The notes beneath the pieces are model-generated. The model had not been told where the DNA came from and did no database searches. It saw nothing but the letters and a program-made list of their open reading frames with translations. A stretch of DNA of 64,000 nt from Caldisericia bacterium (GTDB taxonomy: Bacteria; Caldisericota; Caldisericia; JAAYUI01), in the NCBI GenBank assembly GCA_963674785.1, contig OY771555.1:1728001-1792000 (forward strand). Reading direction: 5' to 3'. A program made the position numbers and the translations under genes. Positions 54,911 to 62,598 of this stretch are shown here, one piece after another; positions within the stretch are counted from its first letter, which is position 1; each line of letters opens with the position of its first letter.

Positions 54911-56745
54911 TAGGAACAGCAGGTCACGTCGACCATGGTAAGTCTGAGCTGATCCATCGAATAACAAATGTCGACCCAGACAGACTACCTGAAGAAAAAG
55001 AACGAAGTATGACAATCGTGCTTGGATTTGCTCCGCTTGATCTACCATCAAGAAAAAGATGTGGTGTTGTAGATGTTCCCGGTCACGAGCGGCTTGTAAA
55101 AAGGATGCTTGTTGGAGCCGTTGGATTTGACCTTGTATTGTTCGTAATCGCCTGTGATGAAGGACCACAAAAACAGACAGAGGAACATCTGGATATCCTG
55201 AATTATCTCGGTATAAAAAATGGGATAATTGTTCTAAATAAAGCTGATTTACCTCACGATAACGAGAAACTGATGACTGATGTCGGCAATCTTTTGAAGG
55301 GCACAACCCTTGAAGGATCTGAGATTGTGAAAGTAAGCTCAATCACAGGTGAAGGGATTGGTAAGCTTTTAGAAACAATCGATGCAACTCTTGATAGAAC
55401 CACACCTAAGCCAATAGACATGCCTGTATTTATGCCAATCGACAGAAAGTTTTTTGTGAAGGGAATCGGGCTTATTGTCGGAGGCACTCTCTGGCAGGGA
55501 GAGCTGAAGATTGGCGATAAGGTAGAGATTTTCCCATCAGGCAAAAAATTCAAGATAAAATCGCTTGAAAGCTTTGAAGAGGAGCTTCAAACTGCTGATG
55601 CTGGAAACAGGTATGCCCTTAGGTTTCAAGGAATAGAAAAAGACGATATTGAAACCGGCAATATTTTGATTTCACCAAACAGATTCAAAAAATACTCTGT
55701 TTTTGATGCCAAAATCAAACTCTCCACAAAGCTAAAAAAATACACAAGACTGAAGATTCACATCGACACAATAGAACAGGAAGTCGATATTATAAGAATC
55801 GGTGATGATTACATCAGGGTAAATCTCGAAACACCTCTGCCCATCACAAGGGGTGCAAGGTTTATCCTAAGAAAAATTGCACCAAATGATACAATTGGTG
55901 GAGGGGTTGTTTTAAATCCTGCCCCAAAAACAAAGCCAAACAACCCTGATACTCTCAAGTATCTAGGCACAATATCAAATTCAAACGATGAGGATTATCT
56001 TGATGGATTTATATCCAAAAGCAGGAATGACTTTTTAAAAACAGATGAATTGAGATTTAAGGTCAATTGGTCTGATAAACGTTTTGATGATTTCATTTCA
56101 AATGGGAAATACTACAAGGTTGAAGATTTGATCATCTCAAAGGAAATATTTGATGAGACAACAAGAAAACTATCGAAAGAGATAACAAAGTATTTTTCAG
56201 AAAATAAAAGTGTTGTCGTTTTACCGGTAAACAATGCAAAGGGGAAATTTCTACCTGAGGTATCTACAAAACTTTTTACACAAGTTTTGAATTCATCAAT
56301 AAAAAAGCCCCTCACTATCGATGGTTCTAAAATTATTAATAGCTCAAAGCAAGTAAAAATGTCTCCCGTTGAAGAAAAACTTGAGAAAATGTTTTTACTA
56401 GACTTATTCTCTCCACCAAAACTTGCCCAGGTAAAAAGTGCAAAGGTTTTTTCAGGGCAAGAGAGGGAGCTGAATCATGCGATCTCTAACTTCATCACCA
56501 ATCGAGTAATCTTTAAAGCAACAAGTGAGATATATTTTCACAAAAAATCCATTATTAAGGGATTTATAGTAATGAAATCAATTATTGAGAAAAACAAATC
56601 AGCAAAACTTGCTGATTTTAGAGATAAAGCAAATACAAGCAGAAAGTACGCTCAAGCTTTCCTAGAACTTCTTGATGCCCTGGGTTTAACAAGAAGACAA
56701 GGTGACGTGAGAGTACTTGGTCCAAAAGCTGTTGACCTCAAGTAG
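54883..56745 (+). CDS. selB: Selenocysteine-specific elongation factor
   Basis: [35 protein letters not shown]-terminal winged helix TSRKYA..LE.LD; adjacent to tRNA-Sec. Confidence 0.96.
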   Translation: MESKSRSFIVGTAGHVDHGKSELIHRITNVDPDRLPEEKERSMTIVLGFAPLDLPSRKRCGVVDVPGHERLVKRMLVGAVGFDLVLFVIACDEGPQKQTEEHLDILNYLGIKNGIIVLNKADLPHDNEKLMTDVGNLLKGTTLEGSEIVKVSSITGEGIGKLLETIDATLDRTTPKPIDMPVFMPIDRKFFVKGIGLIVGGTLWQGELKIGDKVEIFPSGKKFKIKSLESFEEELQTADAGNRYALRFQGIEKDDIETGNILISPNRFKKYSVFDAKIKLSTKLKKYTRLKIHIDTIEQEVDIIRIGDDYIRVNLETPLPITRGARFILRKIAPNDTIGGGVVLNPAPKTKPNNPDTLKYLGTISNSNDEDYLDGFISKSRNDFLKTDELRFKVNWSDKRFDDFISNGKYYKVEDLIISKEIFDETTRKLSKEITKYFSENKSVVVLPVNNAKGKFLPEVSTKLFTQVLNSSIKKPLTIDGSKIINSSKQVKMSPVEEKLEKMFLLDLFSPPKLAQVKSAKVFSGQERELNHAISNFITNRVIFKATSEIYFHKKSIIKGFIVMKSIIEKNKSAKLADFRDKANTSRKYAQAFLELLDALGLTRRQGDVRVLGPKAVDLK

Positions 56746-56748
56746 ATG

Positions 56749-56767
56749 TTTGCATATCATATGCAAA
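56749..56767. repeat. Perfect 9-bp inverted repeat between selB and tRNA-Sec
   Basis: TTTGCATAT-C-ATATGCAAA. Confidence 0.7.
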
Positions 56768-56781
56768 TGACAAGTGAATTC

Positions 56782-56873
56782 GGGGGTGGTTGGGTCCTGG
56801 TGGGCCTCCTGGTCTTCAAAATCAGTGTGGGGCTGTCGTCCCGGGTAGGTTCGATTCCTATGCACTCCCGCCA
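56782..56873 (+). tRNA. selC: tRNA-Sec (TCA)
   Basis: 6-bp D-stem with TGGT loop, CTTCAAA anticodon loop, variable arm, GGTTCGATTCC, G73-CCA. Confidence 0.95.
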
Positions 56874-56900
56874 ACAAATTTCGTCTCCTGGAGAATTTAG

Positions 56901-57559
56901 GTGAATCTTATTGTAATTGGTTGTGGAAGAGTTGGTTCTATGCTGGCAACTCTTATGTCTGCAGATGGACACAATGTGACCGTTATCGACAGAGACTCTG
57001 GTTCTTTTAAAAAGCTTCCCATAGCTTTTACCGGCACAAAAATCGTGGGTATCGAGTTTGAATCGAAGGTATTGAAAGAAGCAGGCGTTGAGACATGTGA
57101 TGCTGTAGCTGTTGTTACAGAATCTGATAATATCAACATAATGGTTGCAGAAACCATAAGGAATCTTTTTGAAAACAAATGGGTCGTAACAAGGATTTAC
57201 GATCCAAGGAAAAAGAAGACTTATGAACGATTGAATCTTAGGTCTGTCTGCCCAACCACACTTGGTGCTTATCAAATGTATGCTGAAATCCTTTCGTTTA
57301 AACTTGGGTCTAAGCTTCCACTCAATAACGGAGATTTTGAGCTTATAGAGCTTTCACAAGAAAAAATGAATTTCACAGAAACTTCTGACATAATCAAGTT
57401 TGAAAAAAATACGGTTCTAAGGTTGTCGGAATAAGAACAAAGTCAAAACTATTGTTTCCATGGATTGAAGGTTTTCCAGAGGATATCAGATCGTGGATTG
57501 TAATGGCCCCAACACTCAGGCTTAGAAAAATAGTTGATGTATTTCAAGAGGTAGAATAA
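56901..57559 (+). CDS. trkA: TrkA/KtrA potassium-uptake subunit interrupted by a frameshift in an A7 run (frame 0 stops at 57434)
   Basis: GCGRVG Rossmann motif; the -1 frame after 57403-57409 continues KYGSKVVGIRTK...EVE to TAA 57557-57559, overlapping the next ATG. Confidence 0.75.
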
Positions 57560-58227
57560 TGTACATTGTAATAGTTGGTGGAGGAAAAGTAGGTCTCAAT
57601 CTAACAAAGCTTCTAGAGTCACAAAACCATGATGTTGCAGTTATAGAGATCGAACCCAAAAGATGTGCAAGAATAGTTGAAGAAACAAACGCTCTTGTAA
57701 TTCAGGGTGACGGCTCAGATATCAGATACCTTGAGGATGCCAACTGTGGAACAGCCGATGTTTTGGTAACTGTTACCGGAAGGGACGAGGACAACCTGGT
57801 TGCATGTCAATTGGCAAAGGCTGCCTTTTCTGTTCCAAAGGTAATCGCCAGAGTTAATAACCCAAGTAACACCGAACTATTCAAAGCCCTCAGTGTTGAT
57901 GTCACTTTCGACAGTACACAGATATTATCGAAGCTTATCCACGAAGGTCTCGGAATTCAGGATTTGATAAATCTCGCACCTATTGCAAAAGGAAAACTTC
58001 AAATAGTTGAAACAAGGATATGCAACCCATCTCTATTTGGAAAACGACTCATCGACCTTAGTCTTGGTGAAAAAGGCATACTTGTTGTTTCAATAATCAG
58101 AAATGATGATGTAATTATTCCTTATGGTGCGACAGTTCTTGAGGAAAATGATGAGATAATTGTTGTTATCACCAATGAGGCTGAGGAAGATTTCAAGAAA
58201 CTGATCACGTGCAGAAATGACAAATAA
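57559..58227 (+). CDS. trkA: TrkA/KtrA potassium-uptake subunit
   Basis: GGGKVG, GDGSD, TGRDEDN, TrkA-C IIRND..IIP.G. Confidence 0.92.
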   Translation: MYIVIVGGGKVGLNLTKLLESQNHDVAVIEIEPKRCARIVEETNALVIQGDGSDIRYLEDANCGTADVLVTVTGRDEDNLVACQLAKAAFSVPKVIARVNNPSNTELFKALSVDVTFDSTQILSKLIHEGLGIQDLINLAPIAKGKLQIVETRICNPSLFGKRLIDLSLGEKGILVVSIIRNDDVIIPYGATVLEENDEIIVVITNEAEEDFKKLITCRNDK

Positions 58228-58429
58228 AAACAACAAGAAAGTTACAATGCCTCAATCATATTTATCAAAACAGGTCTCTATAAACTGGGCATCGAAGCAG
58301 GAAAACCCTGATAGAAGACCGGTTAGTGAGTCCATCAATGGCTTTTTCTCTGAAATGCTTTTTGCTGTGACAGTATTTCTAATACTCACAGCAATAGTCG
58401 TATCAATCTGGCTGGTATTTCTAATATGA
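58217..58429 (+). CDS. Small single-TM protein within the trk operon
   Basis: 70 aa, C-terminal hydrophobic helix, overlaps both neighbours. Confidence 0.55.
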   Translation: MTNKNNKKVTMPQSYLSKQVSINWASKQENPDRRPVSESINGFFSEMLFAVTVFLILTAIVVSIWLVFLI

Positions 58430-59937
58430 TAAGAAGAGTAACAAAACAAGATTTTACAATAGTATTTCACTATGTTGGTAGGATTATCCTTGGTATAGGA
58501 TTTATTATGCTTGTTCCGCTTGTGACTAGCCTTCTAAGCAAAGAATTCTCTGCTGCAGTTGATTTTGTTATAGGTGGTTCAATCTGTTTCATATTTGGTC
58601 TACTGGTAATAAAGTTTTTCAAAACAGAGAAATCTCCAGAGCTTTTTCATGCGATGCTTATCACTGCGATAACATGGTTGATTGCATGCCTATTCGGAGC
58701 CATCCCGCACTACCTCTCAGGACATTTCGGTTCATACCTTGATGCTTATTTTGATGTTATGTCAGGTTTTACAACAACTGGACTATCAATAATAAAAGAC
58801 CTTGACCACGTGAGTAATGGTTTGAATATGTGGAGGCATATCCTGACTTTTGTTGGAGGTCAGGGGATTGTTGTGCTTGCATTAACATTCCTTGTAAAGG
58901 CGAGTGGTGGAGCATTCAAAATCATGGCTGGTGAAGGAAAAGATGAAGCCCTTGTGCCATCTGTTAAACACACCTCACACATCATTTGGAATATTTCACT
59001 CTGGATGCTTGTTGCAGGAACTCTCGTTTTATCCGTTATCGCATGGATAGACGGCTTCTCTTTTAGTAGAGGATTGCTTCACGGAATGTGGATGTTCATG
59101 TCAGCATGGAGTACCGGTGGATTTGCCCCAATGTCTCAAAATGCAATCTTTTATCACTCTTTCGCATTTGAAATTGGAAACCAAATCTTCATGATTCTCG
59201 GTTCTTTTAACTTCGTTCTTCACTACAAAGTTTGGCGCGGGAAAACAAATGAGCTCTGGAAAAACATCGAAATCCGATCGTTTCTGATCACAATGAGTAT
59301 TTCTTTGTTCCTGGTAACAGTTGGTCTTGCAGCAGGTGGGATTTTTAATGGACTCGGTTCCCTTATTCGAAGAGGTCTTTTTATCATGCTTTCAGCTCAC
59401 ACTGGCACAGGTCAGATGACAATATATGCTGCACAATTCAATCACTCCTGGGCTCAAATGGCGATGCTTGGTGTTTTTATCGCCATGATTATCGGTGGCT
59501 CGATGGCATCCACAGCAGGTGGATTAAAGAACATGAGGGTGGCAGTCATCTTCAAGGGGATATGGCACGAGGTAAAAAGGATTATCTCACCAGAGTCAGC
59601 ATATATTTCCACAAAATACCACCACGTAAAAGACATGACCATCAATTCAGATCTTGTAAGACAGGCTGCGTTGATCGTTCTATCATTCTTTGCACTTTTT
59701 ACAATTGGAACAATTGCAGGACTATTCTGCAATTATTCTCTCGACAGATCAGGTTTTGAGGCAATTTCAGCGGGAGCTAATGTTGGACTTTCCAACGGCA
59801 TAACCTCATACGCCATGCCAACGTTCTTGAAAGTAATGTATATCTTCCTTATGTGGGTTGGAAGACTCGAGTTTATGGCAGTTTATGTCTTCTTTGGTGC
59901 AATTGGCATAATGGTTTTAAAAAGGAAAAAAGCATGA
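58426..59937 (+). CDS. trkH: TrkH potassium channel subunit
   Basis: SGFTTTG, GGQG, STGGF, GGSMASTAGGLK, NVGLS, MWVGRLE. Confidence 0.93.
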   Translation: MIRRVTKQDFTIVFHYVGRIILGIGFIMLVPLVTSLLSKEFSAAVDFVIGGSICFIFGLLVIKFFKTEKSPELFHAMLITAITWLIACLFGAIPHYLSGHFGSYLDAYFDVMSGFTTTGLSIIKDLDHVSNGLNMWRHILTFVGGQGIVVLALTFLVKASGGAFKIMAGEGKDEALVPSVKHTSHIIWNISLWMLVAGTLVLSVIAWIDGFSFSRGLLHGMWMFMSAWSTGGFAPMSQNAIFYHSFAFEIGNQIFMILGSFNFVLHYKVWRGKTNELWKNIEIRSFLITMSISLFLVTVGLAAGGIFNGLGSLIRRGLFIMLSAHTGTGQMTIYAAQFNHSWAQMAMLGVFIAMIIGGSMASTAGGLKNMRVAVIFKGIWHEVKRIISPESAYISTKYHHVKDMTINSDLVRQAALIVLSFFALFTIGTIAGLFCNYSLDRSGFEAISAGANVGLSNGITSYAMPTFLKVMYIFLMWVGRLEFMAVYVFFGAIGIMVLKRKKA

Positions 59938-60530
59938 AAAGCAAAAAAATAATCACCCTATTCTTTGTAGCTCTTTTTTGTTTCTCCTTTTTTGTTCCCT
60001 TTGCCTTCTCCGGAGAATCTGAAGATAAGCTAGATAATCTTTTAAATAAGGACTATTTAACATCTGCTGAGGTTATTGAAAACGCAGATATTCTTGACGG
60101 TTATCTCATCACCATAAGAGGAGAAGTTATCGGTGAAGCTCTTGAGAGAAAAGACTACTGCTGGATCAACGTTTACGACAACGAAAACTTCATTTCAATA
60201 GGTGTTTTGACAGATTTAGAAATGATTTCAGATATTGAATTTTGGGGTGGTCACAGAGTAACCGGAAACACTGTTAAGATAAAAGGAAAAGTCTTTCGAG
60301 CTGACCCTTTTGCTGATGGCGAACTCGACATACACGCTGAATCAATAAGTGTCTTGGAAGATATTTTTGCTGGATACAAACCAAATACAATTCCACCATG
60401 GAAGATGATTACAGCGATAGTTCTGGTTTTGATAATGTCATTTCTTATGATAGAAAATACTTATAATTTCTTCAAAAAGCGTGCAGAATCAAAAGATGTC
60501 CATGTGCTTGAACAATACATCGATGACTAA
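59934..60530 (+). CDS. Exported OB-fold-like protein with C-terminal TM
   Basis: Signal peptide MKSKK...AFS, ITIRGEVIGE, VKIKG.V, DGELDIHAE; start moved to 59934. Confidence 0.65.
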   Translation: MKSKKIITLFFVALFCFSFFVPFAFSGESEDKLDNLLNKDYLTSAEVIENADILDGYLITIRGEVIGEALERKDYCWINVYDNENFISIGVLTDLEMISDIEFWGGHRVTGNTVKIKGKVFRADPFADGELDIHAESISVLEDIFAGYKPNTIPPWKMITAIVLVLIMSFLMIENTYNFFKKRAESKDVHVLEQYIDD

Positions 60531-60746
60531 TTAATTTTTTTTATCCATTGCATCGGAAATTATCTTGTAATCTTCCTCAGATAGTGTTCCTGCTTCTTTG
60601 CTCTTCTTGATGTTTTCGAGTGTCTTCAAGTGATCAAGATCTTTATCGTATCTTCTCTTTTTCAGATACCACATAAGATAAAAAAACCCAATTACAAAAA
60701 GCAATAACATCGGTCCCAGAGTGTAATATATCCATTTTTCAGTCAT
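60531..60746 (-). CDS. Small membrane protein with SHOCT-like tail
   Basis: TM helix then GTLSEEDY; TTGAAA-N17-TAGAAT promoter and GGAGG upstream. Confidence 0.6.
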   Translation of the reverse strand: MTEKWIYYTLGPMLLLFVIGFFYLMWYLKKRRYDKDLDHLKTLENIKKSKEAGTLSEEDYKIISDAMDKKN

Positions 60747-60820
60747 TTATCACTTATCCTCCTAGCGCTCTAATTCTATCCAAAACATTTTAATTTTTCA
60801 ATTCACATTTATCTATATAT

Positions 60821-60855
60821 AGAAAAATCCCCCTCGAAAAACTCGAGGGGGATTT
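60821..60855 (-). terminator. Intrinsic terminator
   Basis: AAATCCCCCTCGA/TCGAGGGGGATTT 13-bp stem with U-tract on the minus strand. Confidence 0.85.
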
Positions 60856-60887
60856 GCTAAGTCCTAAGTTTTTTATTTCAGGCTAGA

Positions 60888-61271
60888 TTACTTCTGTTCG
60901 TTGACCCAACCATAAACTCCTGTGAGAAGGAGAAGTCCAAGTGTTGCAACCCAGATTCCTGGCCAACCAAACATTCCTGCCCATCCACCAAATGTGTAGA
61001 ATGGAACTCCGCCACCGATTCCTGGAATAAGTCCAAGAACGATTGCAAGAGCGAGGAAAACGACTGCGTAGATTATTCCTACAAAGATTCCATTCATGAG
61101 ACCTTTGACATCTTTAAGGAAATATGCAAGTCCGCCGAAAAGAAGTGCGGTCATGATGATTCCCCAAATTGTTGTTCCTAAGACACCCATAAGACCAAGT
61201 AGCCATCCAAGTAACCAATAAACAATTCCAAGTACCAAAGCGTTAATAACGTGTTTCATATCAAATTCCAT
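60888..61271 (-). CDS. Gly-rich 4-TM membrane protein, paralog A
   Basis: GGAGG RBS before ATG 61271; aligns with 61409-61798 (M.FD.K, VKG..NG.F.G..Y, F.WP). Confidence 0.8.
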   Translation of the reverse strand: MEFDMKHVINALVLGIVYWLLGWLLGLMGVLGTTIWGIIMTALLFGGLAYFLKDVKGLMNGIFVGIIYAVVFLALAIVLGLIPGIGGGVPFYTFGGWAGMFGWPGIWVATLGLLLLTGVYGWVNEQK

Positions 61272-61318
61272 CTTATAAACCTCCAAGTATTTTTTGTCAG
61301 ACTCTCGCCTGCACATAC

Positions 61319-61347
61319 TATGACTACCAGGTATAAAAAAGGTTACA
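61319..61347 (-). promoter_or_regulatory. Candidate ECF-sigma promoter
   Basis: TGTAAC-N17-GTCATA, repeated at 62508-62536. Confidence 0.6.
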
Positions 61348-61380
61348 AAAGAAAAACCCCCACATATCTGCGGGGGTTTT
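61347..61380 (-). terminator. Intrinsic terminator
   Basis: AAAACCCCCACA-tatc-TGCGGGGGTTTT. Confidence 0.82.
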
Positions 61381-61408
61381 GGGTATCAAGAATTATTTTA
61401 CTTACTGA

Positions 61409-61798
61409 TTAATCACTCAAAGCGTGACAATAACCAAGTCCGACCACAAGCATTGTGACAGCAAGTGATGGTAGCCACAAACCATTTGGCCATGTAAAGA
61501 GAACATCCCATGACATTCCGGCATATGGGAATGGTGCAAAAACAGGAATTCCAAGCCATAATGTAACCATGTATAACCCAAGCCAGACAGCACAATACTG
61601 CAGACCTGCAAAAACTCCGTTAAGCATTCCTTTTACTGTGCGAAGAGCATAACCAGAGGCTGCAAAAAGAATCACAAGAACAAGCGCATGCCAGATAATG
61701 TTTCCAACGATTCCAAGGAAAGTACATCCCCATCCAACCAAAATATAGGTTGCACCGATAAGGAAAGCATACCAAAACTGTTTTACATCAAATTTCAT
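61409..61798 (-). CDS. 4-TM membrane protein, paralog B
   Basis: Hydrophobic 129 aa; paralog of 60888-61271. Confidence 0.8.
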   Translation of the reverse strand: MKFDVKQFWYAFLIGATYILVGWGCTFLGIVGNIIWHALVLVILFAASGYALRTVKGMLNGVFAGLQYCAVWLGLYMVTLWLGIPVFAPFPYAGMSWDVLFTWPNGLWLPSLAVTMLVVGLGYCHALSD

Positions 61799-61897
61799 TA
61801 TAAATACTCCATAATTTTATTAACAGATTTTCATCTGTCACGAACGAAAAATATTGCATTAAATATATCAATAAGTCAACTAGTAATAAAAACCAAT

Positions 61898-61926
61898 AAA
61901 AAACCCCCACACTTCTGTGGGGGTTT
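61898..61926 (-). terminator. Intrinsic terminator, near copy of the one at 61347
   Basis: AAACCCCCACA-cttc-TGTGGGGGTTT. Confidence 0.82.
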
Positions 61927-61947
61927 GAAACCAAAATTAAGTATTTA

Positions 61948-62460
61948 TCAACCGAGTTTTTCTTTGACCTGTTCGTCGAGGTTTCCTGGAAGATTTATTC
62001 CTGCTCCTGAGGCAAGATAATACACAAGAACCGCACCGACAAGAATATGACCAATTCCACCAAAGATATCAGCAAGTGCTTCAACATTCCACAATCCAAA
62101 AAGTCCAAAGAGGATAAATGCGATGATCTGTGCCCAAGCTAAAAGATTCAGCACAGTACTTTCACTTTTAACAAGTGCAAAAGCAAAGGAAAGATAAGCA
62201 AGACCTATACCAATATCGGCACCTGGAAGGAAATCAAAAGATATTCCACCAATTGCTGAAACTGTAAGAATAAGACCTATGACTGCCAGAATTTTGTTTT
62301 CTTTTAAAGAAATCACGAAAAGTAAAAATGCTACAATTGCAAAAAGGTAGATTGAAATTCCACCCATTTTTGGTACCTGCACAATATTAAGGAATGTTGC
62401 TACAACCCAAAGTGCGACGATCAAGATAAATCCATAAGCATTCATTTTGTTTTTAAACAT
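61948..62460 (-). CDS. Multi-TM membrane protein of unknown function
   Basis: 170 aa, about 6 hydrophobic helices, GGAGG RBS. Confidence 0.75.
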   Translation of the reverse strand: MFKNKMNAYGFILIVALWVVATFLNIVQVPKMGGISIYLFAIVAFLLFVISLKENKILAVIGLILTVSAIGGISFDFLPGADIGIGLAYLSFAFALVKSESTVLNLLAWAQIIAFILFGLFGLWNVEALADIFGGIGHILVGAVLVYYLASGAGINLPGNLDEQVKEKLG

Positions 62461-62507
62461 GAGTATAACCTCCGGTTATTTCTTTTGTCAGGTTTCCCTG
62501 CACACCC

Positions 62508-62536
62508 TATGACCACCAATAAGAAAATTTGTTACA
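62508..62536 (-). promoter_or_regulatory. Candidate ECF-sigma promoter
   Basis: TGTAAC-N17-GTCATA. Confidence 0.6.
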
Positions 62537-62598
62537 GTTTGCCAACAACACATACGATAGTCTTGCTAGCGGAACTTGAATCTGTTATATTCGAATTC

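Noticed and set aside
5426-61316. Longest-ORF starts for atpB, nuoI, nuoH, nuoB, alaX, the response regulator, 59853 and 61316
   Set aside because: The extensions overlap neighbouring genes or promoters; downstream starts fit RBS or promoter positions and family lengths.
60821-61926. Repeated GC hairpins as CRISPR or REP repeats
   Set aside because: There are only three, each directly after a stop codon with a U-tract, which fits terminators.
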